Shown here piece by piece: positions 47,387-56,470 of a stretch of DNA of 64,000 nt. The notes under the pieces were generated by a model. It saw only the letters and a program-made list of their open reading frames with translations. It had not been told where the DNA came from and searched no databases. Both the position numbers and the translations under genes were made by a program. Positions within the stretch are counted from its first letter, which is position 1. Every line of letters starts with the position of its first letter. Source of the stretch: Pelagerythrobacter sp. (GTDB taxonomy: Bacteria; Pseudomonadota; Alphaproteobacteria; Sphingomonadales; Sphingomonadaceae); NCBI RefSeq assembly GCF_041912895.1, contig NZ_JAYSGI010000002.1, forward strand, positions 521,339-585,338. Reading direction: 5' to 3'.

Positions 47387-47403
47387 GGTTATCTCCGGGT
47401 TAA
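47387..47403 (-). promoter_or_regulatory. CtrA-like box of the second cyclase
   Basis: TTAA-CCCGGAG-ATAACC at the same distance from the ATG as for the paralog. Confidence 0.6.
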
Positions 47404-47419
47404 GCCGCCGCGCGCGCCG

Positions 47420-48535
47420 CTATCCGAGCACCTCGGCGATGGGGGTGTAGGCGTAGCCGAGTTCCTCGGCGACGGCGCGGTAGGTCACCTTGCCGTCGTG
47501 GACGTTGAGCCCCTCGGCGAGATGCGGATCGCGGCGCATCGCTTCCTGCCAGCCCAGCTCGGCGATCTTCAGCGCGTGCGGCAGGGTGACGTTGTTGAGC
47601 GCGTAGGTGCTCGTGCGCGCCACCGCGCCGGGCATGTTGGCGACGCAATAGTGCACCACCTCGTCGACCACGTACGTCGGTTCGGCGTGAGTGGTGGCGT
47701 GGCTCGTCTCGAAGCAACCGCCCTGGTCGATCGCGACGTCGACCAGCACTGCGCCGGGCTGCATGCACTTGAGCATGTCGCGGCTGACCAGCTTGGGCGC
47801 CGCCGCGCCGGGGATCAGCACCGCGCCGATCACCAGATCGGCTTCGCACACCGCTTCCTCGAGGTTCGCCTTGTTGGAAAAGCGCGTCTTGGCGCGGCTT
47901 TCGAAATGGATGCCGACCTTCTCGAGCACCGCCGGATCGCGGTCGAGGATGGTGGTGTCGGCGCCGAGGCCGACCGCCATCTGCGCGGCGTTGAAGCCGA
48001 CCACGCCGCCGCCGATCACCAGCACCTTGCCCGGCAGCACGCCCGGCACGCCGCCCAGCAGCACGCCGCGTCCGCCGTGCGCCTTTTCCAGCGCGGTGGC
48101 GCCCGCCTGCACGCTCATCCGCCCGGCCACCTGGCTCATCGGCTTGAGCAACGGCAGCGAGCCGCCGGGGCCGGTCACCGTCTCGTAAGCGATCGCGGTG
48201 ACGCCGCTCTTGACCAAATCGGCAGTCTGCGGCGCGTCGGGCGCGAGGTGGAGGTAGGTATAGAGTACCTGGCCGGGGCGCAGCTTGGCGCGCTCTTCGG
48301 CCTGGGGTTCCTTGACCTTCACCACCATCTCGCATTCGGCGAAGATATCGTCCGGCCCGTCCTTGATGATCGCCCCGGCCTGGCGATATTCGCTATCGCC
48401 CGCGCCGATGCCGTTGCCCGCGCCGCTCTGGATCCAGACCTCGTGGCCGTGGGTGATCAGTTCGCGGGCGCTTTCCGGCGTCAGGCCGACGCGGTATTCG
48501 TGATTCTTAATTTCCGTTGGGCAACCGATGCGCAT
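47420..48535 (-). CDS. ald: Alanine dehydrogenase
   Basis: [46 protein letters not shown]. Confidence 0.97.
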   Translation of the reverse strand: MRIGCPTEIKNHEYRVGLTPESARELITHGHEVWIQSGAGNGIGAGDSEYRQAGAIIKDGPDDIFAECEMVVKVKEPQAEERAKLRPGQVLYTYLHLAPDAPQTADLVKSGVTAIAYETVTGPGGSLPLLKPMSQVAGRMSVQAGATALEKAHGGRGVLLGGVPGVLPGKVLVIGGGVVGFNAAQMAVGLGADTTILDRDPAVLEKVGIHFESRAKTRFSNKANLEEAVCEADLVIGAVLIPGAAAPKLVSRDMLKCMQPGAVLVDVAIDQGGCFETSHATTHAEPTYVVDEVVHYCVANMPGAVARTSTYALNNVTLPHALKIAELGWQEAMRRDPHLAEGLNVHDGKVTYRAVAEELGYAYTPIAEVLG

Positions 48536-48561
48536 GGCTGAGTCTCCTCGTTGCGAGCGCC

Positions 48562-48575
48562 GTTACATTTGTAAC
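48562..48575. promoter_or_regulatory. Inverted repeat GTTACA-TT-TGTAAC
   Basis: AT-rich dyad 26 nt upstream of the ald ATG. Confidence 0.4.
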
Positions 48576-48641
48576 TATCGCGCGGCAACCTGTCTGCGAC
48601 CAGGCAACGCGCGCCGCGCCGCGATGGAGGACTTCGCGTGT

Positions 48642-48714
48642 TCGTCACCATAGTGTCACAAAACGGGCATAGCCGCGCAATCAATCGGTCACGAACCGGT
48701 CATCGACAGGTAAC
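48642..48714 (+). promoter_or_regulatory. PhoB-box array of seven 11-bp-spaced units
   Basis: GTCAC 48644, GTCAC 48655, GGCAT 48666, GCAAT 48677, GTCAC 48688, GTCAT 48699, GTAAC 48710. Confidence 0.8.
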
Positions 48715-48718
48715 GAAA

Positions 48719-50074
48719 ATGAACCGCACTCGCCGTCTCTCGGTGCTCGCCACCGCCGCCGTTTCGGCTTGGTCGGTTCCCGCCATGGCGCAGGACGCCG
48801 GGTCCGCCATAGCGGAGGAGCTGGCCGCGATGCGCGCGGAGATGGCGCGCATGGCCGCGCGGATCGATACGCTCGAAGCCGAACTGGCCGCCGCCGAAGC
48901 GCAGGCCGACGCCGCGCCTGCGCAAGCTGCGGCCGAACCCGAACCCGAAGGCGATGCGACCACGATCTCGTGGAGCGGCGCGCCGGTGATCGAGAGCGAG
49001 AGCGGCTGGAGCTTCAAGCCGCGCGGGCGGCTGCAGATCGACGCCGGGGCGATCGACGCGCCCAACGGCACCGGCGCCGCCGACGGCTTCGGCAGCGAAG
49101 TCCGCCGCGCGCGGCTCGGCGTCGAAGGCGATGTCCTGGGCGGCTTCGGCTACAAGTTCGAGGTCGATTTCGCGGCCAACGAAGTCGAGGTCGTCGACGC
49201 CATCGCCATCTGGGGCAGCGGTGGGCTGACGATCTCCGCCGGGCAGCACAACACCTTCCAGGGGCTGGAGGAACTGACCAGCAGCCGTTTCATCTCGACG
49301 ATGGAGCGCGCCGCCTTCACCGACGCCTTCGGGTTCGAGCGGCGGGTCGGCCTCTCGGCGCAATACGCGGCGACGAGCTTGCTGGTGCAGGGCGGGCTGT
49401 TCAGCGACAATCTCGGCGATCTTTCGAACCGGAACTGGAGCGCCGACGGGCGCGCGGTGTTCATGCCCAAGCTCGGCGACACGCAGCTCCATCTCGGCGG
49501 TTCGCTCCACTATGCCGACTACGAAGCGGGCCACGAAGTGCGCTATCGCCAGCGCCCGTTCGTCCACTTCACCGACGATCGCTTCATCGACACCGGCGAT
49601 TTCGCCGCCGCCAGCGAGTTCGGCGCGGGGCTCGAGGCGGCGGCGATCGCCGGTCCGTTTCACGTCGTGGCGGAAGGCTTCTGGCAGACCGCCGACCGTT
49701 CCGGCGCGCTCGCCGATCCGACGTTCTTCGGCGGTTATGCCGAGCTGGGCATGTTCCTGACTCGCGGCGACACGCGCGGCTACAAGGCGGGGGTGTTCGA
49801 CCGGGTGAAGCCCGCCGAGCCGGTTGGCGAGGGCGGCTTTGGCGCGGTGCAGGTCAACCTGCGCTATGACTATCTCGACCTCGTCGATGCCGGGGTGATC
49901 GGCGGCAAGCAGGACGGCTATGCCGTCTCGCTGGTGTGGACGCCGACCGATTACACGCGCATCGTCGCGAACTATGCCCGCATGCAATACCGCGACGCCG
50001 CCGTCCCGGCCGCGGGGGGCGACACGTCCTACGGCGTCGACGCGTTCGGCGTGCGCGCGCAGATCGATTTCTGA
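48719..50074 (+). CDS. Phosphate-selective porin (OprO/OprP family)
   Basis: Signal peptide and coiled coil; KPRGRLQID, RRARLGVEG, MERA, YRQRP; C-terminal Phe; Pho boxes upstream. Confidence 0.9.
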   Translation: MNRTRRLSVLATAAVSAWSVPAMAQDAGSAIAEELAAMRAEMARMAARIDTLEAELAAAEAQADAAPAQAAAEPEPEGDATTISWSGAPVIESESGWSFKPRGRLQIDAGAIDAPNGTGAADGFGSEVRRARLGVEGDVLGGFGYKFEVDFAANEVEVVDAIAIWGSGGLTISAGQHNTFQGLEELTSSRFISTMERAAFTDAFGFERRVGLSAQYAATSLLVQGGLFSDNLGDLSNRNWSADGRAVFMPKLGDTQLHLGGSLHYADYEAGHEVRYRQRPFVHFTDDRFIDTGDFAAASEFGAGLEAAAIAGPFHVVAEGFWQTADRSGALADPTFFGGYAELGMFLTRGDTRGYKAGVFDRVKPAEPVGEGGFGAVQVNLRYDYLDLVDAGVIGGKQDGYAVSLVWTPTDYTRIVANYARMQYRDAAVPAAGGDTSYGVDAFGVRAQIDF

Positions 50075-50086
50075 CCATGCCGGGCG

Positions 50087-50115
50087 ATGTCATGCGCTTG
50101 TCACAGACAGGCAAT
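50087..50115 (+). promoter_or_regulatory. PhoB box upstream of pstS
   Basis: GTCAT 50089, GTCAC 50100, GCAAT 50111 (11-bp period). Confidence 0.7.
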
Positions 50116-50151
50116 ATCGGCCGCAGCCATCCAACCTCGAGGGGTAAGACA

Positions 50152-51195
50152 ATGCGTTTCACCACATCCATCTGCCTCGCCGCCGCCGCGGCGCTCTCGC
50201 TTTCCGCATGCGATGCACCGGGGGCGGGCGGCACGCGCGATTCGATCCGCGCGGTCGGCTCGTCCACCGTCTATCCGTTCGCCAAGGTGGTCGCGGAAAA
50301 CTTCGCCCGCTCGCACCCCGACTTCAAGTCGCCGCTGATCGAATCGACCGGGACCGGCGGCGGGGTCGCGCTGTTCTGCGGCGGCGTCGGCCCGAACACG
50401 CCCGACATCGTCAACGCCTCCCGCCGTATGAAGGCCAGCGAGTTCGCCACCTGCCAGGCGAACGGCGTGGAAGACGTGATCGAGATCCAGGTCGGGCTCG
50501 ACGGCATCGCCTTCGCTTCGGCGCAGGGCGGAATCATGATGAACCTGACGCCGCAGATCGTCTACGAAGCGATCGCCGCGCGGCCCTATGGCGAGGAGCA
50601 GACCAACCGCACCTGGGCCGACGTCGACCCCTCGCTGCCCGACGAGCCGATCCTCGTCTACGGCCCGCCCTCCACCTCGGGCACGCGCGACGCGCTGAAG
50701 GAGCTGGTTCTGGAAATCGGTTGCGACAGCAATCCCGAAATGGAAGCGCTGAAGGAAACCGACGAGGACCGCCACGCGCAGCTCTGCACCGAAGTCCGTT
50801 CGGACGGCGCCTATGTCGACCAGGGCGAGCAGGACAACCTGATCGTGCAGAAGATCGGCAACAATCCGCGCGCGGTCGGCATCTTCGGCTATTCCTACCT
50901 GGAGGAGAACATGGGCAAGGTGCAGGGCCTGCCGATGAACGGGGTCGAGCCGACTTACGAGAACATCTCCAGCTTCCAGTATCCGGGCGCCCGCCCGCTC
51001 TACATCTACGTCAAGAAGGCCCACCTCGAGGCGATCCCGGGCCTCAAGGAATTCCTGACCCAGTGGACGCAGAGCTGGGGCCGCGACGGACCGCTCGCGG
51101 CGATCGGCCTCGTCCCCTCGCCCGACGACGCGCTGGCGGCAAACACCGCGAAGGCGACCCAGTACACCGCCTTGACGGCCGACGAGCTGAACTGA
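50152..51195 (+). CDS. pstS: Phosphate-binding lipoprotein
   Basis: Lipobox LSAC; VGSSTVYPF, GTGGG, NASRRMK, PPSTSGTRD, YPGARPLYIYVK. Confidence 0.92.
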   Translation: MRFTTSICLAAAAALSLSACDAPGAGGTRDSIRAVGSSTVYPFAKVVAENFARSHPDFKSPLIESTGTGGGVALFCGGVGPNTPDIVNASRRMKASEFATCQANGVEDVIEIQVGLDGIAFASAQGGIMMNLTPQIVYEAIAARPYGEEQTNRTWADVDPSLPDEPILVYGPPSTSGTRDALKELVLEIGCDSNPEMEALKETDEDRHAQLCTEVRSDGAYVDQGEQDNLIVQKIGNNPRAVGIFGYSYLEENMGKVQGLPMNGVEPTYENISSFQYPGARPLYIYVKKAHLEAIPGLKEFLTQWTQSWGRDGPLAAIGLVPSPDDALAANTAKATQYTALTADELN

Positions 51196-51220
51196 ACCTT
51201 CGCGTTTCGCGAACACCGGC

Positions 51221-51256
51221 AAGGGCGCCGCCTCGACACGAGGCCGGCGTCCTTTT
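51221..51256 (+). terminator. Intrinsic terminator after pstS
   Basis: GC-rich stem followed by TTTT. Confidence 0.7.
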
Positions 51257-51318
51257 CGCATCGGCGGAAACGAATCCCCGCGCCAAGCGCTGACTCGGCG
51301 CGAAAGAGGATGCGAACG

Positions 51319-52173
51319 ATGGCGGCACGGGCCTATTGGCAGGGGCAGATCAGGCTGGCGCTGGTCTCGATTCCGGTCGAGATCTACGCCGCGACCAAGA
51401 GCGGCGCGTCGATCTCCTTCCGCCAGATCCACGAGCCGAGCGGCAGGCCGATCAACTACGAGAAGGTCGTGCAGGGCATCGGCCCGGTCGATCGCGACGA
51501 GATCGTCAAGGGCTACGAGGTGTCGAAGGGCAACTACGTGCTGCTGGAAGACGACGAGATCGAAGCGGTGAAGATCGAGAGCCGCAAGACGCTCGAACTG
51601 GTCCAGTTCGTCGATGCGCACGAGATCGACGTGTTCTATTTCGAGAAGCCTTACTACGTCGTGCCGCAGGACGAACTGGCGGAGGAAGCCTTCGTCGTGC
51701 TGCGCGAGGCGCTGCGGCAGAAGAAGAAAGTCGCGCTCGGCCAGCTTTCGGTGCGCGGGCGCGAGATGCTCGTCAGCCTGAAGCCGTGCGGCAAGGGGAT
51801 CGTGCTCGAAACGCTGCGCTACGAGGACGAGGTCCGCAAGGCGAAGACCTATTTCAAGGACATCCCCGAGGTGAAACCGGACAAGGAGATGCTCGACCTC
51901 GCCGGCAGCCTGATCGACAAGAAGAGCGCGCCGTTCGATGCCGGCGAGTTCGGGGACCGCTACGTCGATGCGCTCAAGAAGCTGGTCGAGAAGAAGGCCA
52001 AGGCGAAGGGCAAGAAGGTGCTGGAGGATGTCGACGAGCCCGCGCCTTCGGGCAAGTCGAACGTGATCGACCTGATGGCCGCGCTGAAGAAATCGGTGAA
52101 GGACGAAAAGCCGGCGAGGAAGAAGGCCCCCGCGAAGAAATCCACGGCCGCCAAGGCGAAGAAGCGCGCCTGA
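51319..52173 (+). CDS. ku: NHEJ protein Ku
   Basis: RAYWQGQIRLALVSIPV, YFEKPYYVVP, NVIDLMAALKKS, basic tail. Confidence 0.96.
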   Translation: MAARAYWQGQIRLALVSIPVEIYAATKSGASISFRQIHEPSGRPINYEKVVQGIGPVDRDEIVKGYEVSKGNYVLLEDDEIEAVKIESRKTLELVQFVDAHEIDVFYFEKPYYVVPQDELAEEAFVVLREALRQKKKVALGQLSVRGREMLVSLKPCGKGIVLETLRYEDEVRKAKTYFKDIPEVKPDKEMLDLAGSLIDKKSAPFDAGEFGDRYVDALKKLVEKKAKAKGKKVLEDVDEPAPSGKSNVIDLMAALKKSVKDEKPARKKAPAKKSTAAKAKKRA

Positions 52174-52646
52174 TGGACCTCAACGCGCCGGTCCTGATCC
52201 ACTTCATCGATTGGGACCTGTTCTCGCGCCTCGCCGTGGCGGCGCTGCTGGGGCTCGTCCTCGGCCTCGACCGCGAGGTGCGCGGTCATGCCGCGGGCCT
52301 CCGCACGCACGGGCTGATCTGCTTCTCCGCCGCTTCGATGACCGTTTCGATCATCGCGCTTTACAACCAGCTGGAAGGTGAGCGGATGGACCCGCTGCGC
52401 GTGTTCGAGGCGACCGGCGCGTTCATCGGCATCATCGGCGCGGGCCTGATCGTGTTCTCGAAGGGCGAGGTAAAGAACCTGACGACCGCGGCGCACCTGT
52501 GGCTGGTCGCGGTGGTCGGGATCGCCTGCGGCGCGGGCCAATGGCCGCTGGTGGCGATCGCCATGGGCGTTTCGCTGGTCCTCCTCACCGTGTTGTGGTT
52601 CGTCGAGAAGCGCTATTTCCCCGATACCGAAGGCAAGGTCGAATGA
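52173..52646 (+). CDS. MgtC/SapB family membrane protein
   Basis: GLDREVRGHAAGLRTHGL, IGIIGAGLI, NLTTAAHLW; coupled to ku and ligD. Confidence 0.9.
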   Translation: MDLNAPVLIHFIDWDLFSRLAVAALLGLVLGLDREVRGHAAGLRTHGLICFSAASMTVSIIALYNQLEGERMDPLRVFEATGAFIGIIGAGLIVFSKGEVKNLTTAAHLWLVAVVGIACGAGQWPLVAIAMGVSLVLLTVLWFVEKRYFPDTEGKVE

Positions 52647-55294
52647 CAGCGGAGGATCCACTCGCCGAATACAATCGCAAGCGCGATTTCAAGACGACCC
52701 CCGAACCATCCGGCTCGCCTGCGGGCAAGCGCCGCCCGAAATCCGGGACGGGGCGGGGCGACTTGTTCATCGTCCAGAAGCACGATGCGAGCCGGCTGCA
52801 CTGGGACTTGCGGCTGGAGGCCGACGGCGTGCTCAAGTCGTGGGCCGTCACGAAGGGCCCCTCGGCCGATCCCGAAGTGAAGCGGCTCGCGGTGCGGACC
52901 GAGGATCACCCCATGTCCTACGCCGAGTTCGAGGGCACGATCCCCGCAAAGGAATACGGCGGCGGCACGGTGATGCTGTGGGATCGCGGAACGTGGGCGC
53001 CGGTCGAAGGCAAGAGCTGGAAGGATATCGAAAAGGGACATCTGCACTTTACGCTCGATGGCGAGCGGATGAAGGGCGAATGGCTGCTGGTGCGGATGAA
53101 GCCGCGCAAGGGCGAAAAGCGCGAGAACTGGCTGCTGCGCAAGGTCGGCGACGACCACGCCGAGGAAGGCGACGCGCTGGTCGAACGCGAACTGACCAGC
53201 GTGCTGACCGGCCGTGCGATGGCCGAGATCGCGGCCGACAAGCGCGGCGAACATTCACTCGAAGGCAAGAAGGGTACGGCCTTCGCGAAGGAGATGGCGA
53301 AGGCGGGCGTGCACAACGCCAGCCTCCCCGGTACGGGGAGGGGGACCAGCGAAGCTGGTGGAGGGGCACGTGCAGGGATCGAGACTTCGGCTGGCCGGAG
53401 CAAGGCCGGCGCCCCTCCACCCCGCCGCTCCGCGGCGCGGTCCCCCTCCCCGAAGCGGGGAGGATCAAAGCCACCCAAATTCCGCAAGCTGCAGCTCGCC
53501 ACGCTGGTCGACGCCGTGCCCACCGGCAACCGCTGGATGCACGAGATCAAGTTCGACGGCTATCGCGCGCTCGTCGCCGCCGCGGGGGCCGAGGTGCGCG
53601 TCTACACCCGCAGCGGCAAGGACTGGTCGGATAAGTTCGCCCCGCTCGCCCGCGCCGTGGCCGCGCTCGACCTGCCGCCGTGCCTGATCGACGGCGAAAT
53701 CGTCGCTTACGATGCCAAGGGCAATCCCGATTTCTCCAGCCTGCAACAGGTGCTGAAGCGCGGCCACGGCGCGCAGGGCGAGGACGATGCCTTCGCTTTC
53801 CACGCCTTCGACCTGCTCGAAGTGGATGGGAAGAGCCTCGCCAGGCTGCCCAATATCGAGCGCAAGGAACGGCTCGAGGCTTTGCTGGCCGATGCCGAGC
53901 CGCCGATCCATGTCGCCGACCACGTGATCGGCGCGGGCGAGAAGCTCTACCGCGCGATGTGCGATGCGGGGCAGGAAGGGATCATCGCCAAGGCGATCGA
54001 CGCGCCCTATCACGGCAGCCGCACGAAGAGCTGGGTGAAGGTCAAGTGCACCCGGCGGCAGGAGTTCGTGGTGATCGGGTGGAAGGCTTCGAAAGCGAAG
54101 GGCCGCCCGTTCGCCTCGCTCCTGCTGGCGCAGCACGAGGATGGCGCGCTCGCCTACAAGGGCAATGTCGGCACCGGGTTCAATCACGACACGATGGCCG
54201 ATCTCTCCGAGAGGATGGCGAAGCTCGAGCGCAAGACGCCGCCCGCCGAGGTCGACAAGGCTTCGTCGCGCGGCGTCACTTGGCTCACGCCCAAGCTGGT
54301 CGCCGAGATCGCCTTCGCCGAGTTCACGGCGGACGGCAACGTGCGCCACGCCAGCTTCCTCGGCCTGCGCGGCGACAAGGAGGCGAGCGCCGTGACCCCC
54401 GAAAAGCCCGCAGCCGCGCCCGAGAGCGATGGCGACGACGTGGCGATCTCCAGCCGCGATCGGGTCATCTTCCCCGAAAGCGGCCAGACCAAGGGGGAAC
54501 TGGCCGATTATTACGCAGCCGTCGCGCCGCTGATGCTCCCCTTCGCCGCGCAGCGCCCGATCAGCCTTGTGCGCTGTCCGCAGGGCCGGGCGAAGAAATG
54601 CTTCTTCCAGAAGCACGACAGCGGCTCGTTCGGGCCGCACGTCCACCACGTGCCGATCACGGAGAAGGGCGGCGGGACCGAGGACTACCTCTATGTCGAG
54701 GATGCCGCGGGCCTGCTCGCCTGCGTCCAGATGGGCACGATCGAGTTCCACGGCTGGGCCGCTCGCAGCGGCGACGTGGAAAAGCCCGACCGCATGATCT
54801 TCGATCTCGACCCCGACGAAGGCCTCGACTTCGGCGACGTGAAGCGAGCGGCGAGCGACATCCGCCGCAAGCTCGCCGATCTCGGCCTCGCCAGCTTCGC
54901 GATGCTGTCGGGCGGCAAGGGCGTCCATGTCGTCGTGCCGCTGGCGCCGGGGCACTCATGGGACGCGCACAAGGATTTTGCCAAGCGCTTCGCCGAGGCG
55001 CTGAGCATGGCCGAACCCGATCGCTTCGTCGCGACGATGAGCAAGGCCAAGCGCAAGGGGAAGATCTTCGTCGACTGGCTCCGCAACCAGCGCGGCAGCA
55101 CCGCCGTGGTGCCCTATTCGGCGCGTGCCCGCGAAGGCGCGCCGGTCGCGGTGCCGATCGCCTGGGCCGAGCTGAAAGGCTTCGCCGACGCGCACCCGTT
55201 CTCGATCTCGGATGCCAAGAAGCTCCTCACGCGCGCCGAGGGCAAGGCGCTCGCCGGATGGGGTTTCGCCGAACAGCGCTTGCCCGACCTCTGA
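52643..55294 (+). CDS. ligD: NHEJ DNA ligase D (phosphoesterase-ligase-polymerase)
   Basis: VQKHDASRLHWDLRLE, HEIKFDGYR, WVKVKC, DRMIFDLDP, SGGKGVHV. Confidence 0.96.
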   Translation: MTAEDPLAEYNRKRDFKTTPEPSGSPAGKRRPKSGTGRGDLFIVQKHDASRLHWDLRLEADGVLKSWAVTKGPSADPEVKRLAVRTEDHPMSYAEFEGTIPAKEYGGGTVMLWDRGTWAPVEGKSWKDIEKGHLHFTLDGERMKGEWLLVRMKPRKGEKRENWLLRKVGDDHAEEGDALVERELTSVLTGRAMAEIAADKRGEHSLEGKKGTAFAKEMAKAGVHNASLPGTGRGTSEAGGGARAGIETSAGRSKAGAPPPRRSAARSPSPKRGGSKPPKFRKLQLATLVDAVPTGNRWMHEIKFDGYRALVAAAGAEVRVYTRSGKDWSDKFAPLARAVAALDLPPCLIDGEIVAYDAKGNPDFSSLQQVLKRGHGAQGEDDAFAFHAFDLLEVDGKSLARLPNIERKERLEALLADAEPPIHVADHVIGAGEKLYRAMCDAGQEGIIAKAIDAPYHGSRTKSWVKVKCTRRQEFVVIGWKASKAKGRPFASLLLAQHEDGALAYKGNVGTGFNHDTMADLSERMAKLERKTPPAEVDKASSRGVTWLTPKLVAEIAFAEFTADGNVRHASFLGLRGDKEASAVTPEKPAAAPESDGDDVAISSRDRVIFPESGQTKGELADYYAAVAPLMLPFAAQRPISLVRCPQGRAKKCFFQKHDSGSFGPHVHHVPITEKGGGTEDYLYVEDAAGLLACVQMGTIEFHGWAARSGDVEKPDRMIFDLDPDEGLDFGDVKRAASDIRRKLADLGLASFAMLSGGKGVHVVVPLAPGHSWDAHKDFAKRFAEALSMAEPDRFVATMSKAKRKGKIFVDWLRNQRGSTAVVPYSARAREGAPVAVPIAWAELKGFADAHPFSISDAKKLLTRAEGKALAGWGFAEQRLPDL
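53323..53464. repeat. ~142-bp palindromic element inserted in frame in ligD
   Basis: Homolog of 16694-16834; read as SLPGTGRGTSEAGGGA...PPPRRSAARSPSPKRGGS. Confidence 0.85.
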
Positions 55295-55315
55295 CCACGG
55301 CATAGATTCCCCTCC

Positions 55316-56470
55316 GTGATCGACCGCAAACTCGCCGCCTGGCAGAGCGCCGGACTGATCGACGCGCCGACGGCCGCGGCGATCCGGTCGTGGGAAGACG
55401 CCAACGCCCGGCCGCTCGCGCTGTGGGCGGTGATCGGGATCGGCGCGCTCGCGGTCGGCCTCGGGGTGATCTCGGTCGTCGCCGCGAACTGGGAGGATAT
55501 TCCCGGCCTCGCCCGCCTCGCGGTGCATTTCGCGCTGATGGCGGCGCTCGCGGCGGCGCTGTGGCTGCGCGGCGACACGCTGATGGCGCGCAGCCCGTGG
55601 CTCCACGAGGCGCTGCTGTTCGTACTCGCGATACTCGGCCTCGGCTTCCTCGGCCATCTCGGGCAGGTGTACCAGACGAGCGCGCCATTGTGGCAGCCGA
55701 TGGCGCTGTGGCTGGCGCTGATGGGGCCGCTGCTGCTGCTGCGCGGCAACAGCTGGATCACCGCGCTGCTGCTGACCGGCGTGCTGATCTTCGCCTGCTG
55801 GGACTTCGCCAACCCGACCCGCCCGTTGTTCGGGTTCGAGGCCGAGCAGCGTTCGCGCTTCCTGATGGGGCTGGCGAGTGCGCTGCCCGTCCTGCTCGTG
55901 CCGCTCGGCTCGTGGCGGCTGGAAAGGAGCGCGCGGCCCGCCTTCTGGCGCCGGTTGGAGCAGCTCGGGTTCCTCTATGTGCTCGTATGTGCCTCGCTGA
56001 TGGTGGTGGCGAGCGGGTTCGGCGATTTCGCAAGTGACGGCGACGGGCGCTTCCTCGCACTCGGCACGCAAGGGGCGCAGGCGGGCGTCGGCCTGTTCGC
56101 CGCCGGGCTCACCTTCGCCGCGCGGCGCGGCCCGTCCGAAACCGCCACCGCCGCCACCCTCGCCGCCGCCGCGCTCGCGCTGGTTATGGCGCATGCCGTC
56201 GATGGCAACGCGCTCGGCGCCGCGCTGCTGTTCATGGCGCTGTGGGTCGCGATCGGGCTGGCGGCGTTCCACGGCGGCTGGCGCGACGTGTTCCAGCTCG
56301 CAGTCGGCATGGTCGCATTGCGGCTGGTGATCCTCAGCTTCGAGCTTGCGAGCAACCTGCTCACCAGCGGCTTCGGGCTGATCGTCGCGGGGCTGCTGAT
56401 CCTCGGCGTCGCGTGGGGCGCGGTGCATGTCTCGCGCCGCCTCGCCCCGCCGCGGGAGAGTGCGGAATGA
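55316..56470 (+). CDS. DUF2157 family multi-TM protein
   Basis: W...GLID...A, IGALAVGLGVISVVAANWEDIP, LGQVYQ; GTG start. Confidence 0.85.
   Translation: MIDRKLAAWQSAGLIDAPTAAAIRSWEDANARPLALWAVIGIGALAVGLGVISVVAANWEDIPGLARLAVHFALMAALAAALWLRGDTLMARSPWLHEALLFVLAILGLGFLGHLGQVYQTSAPLWQPMALWLALMGPLLLLRGNSWITALLLTGVLIFACWDFANPTRPLFGFEAEQRSRFLMGLASALPVLLVPLGSWRLERSARPAFWRRLEQLGFLYVLVCASLMVVASGFGDFASDGDGRFLALGTQGAQAGVGLFAAGLTFAARRGPSETATAATLAAAALALVMAHAVDGNALGAALLFMALWVAIGLAAFHGGWRDVFQLAVGMVALRLVILSFELASNLLTSGFGLIVAGLLILGVAWGAVHVSRRLAPPRESAE

Noticed and set aside
48644-48714. 11-bp periodic repeats as a CRISPR or iteron array
   Set aside because: Units are short degenerate GTCAY motifs without spacers and sit before phosphate genes; they are Pho boxes
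51262-51292. EcfG-like promoter before ku (GAAAC-N16-CGCT)
   Set aside because: One mismatch in each element; not distinguishable from chance, although ku is often stress-regulated
16706-53460. GGGGAGGG (KOPS-like) octamers indicating replichore polarity
   Set aside because: Most sit in both arms of the palindromic repeat, in opposite orientations, so they carry no polarity signal
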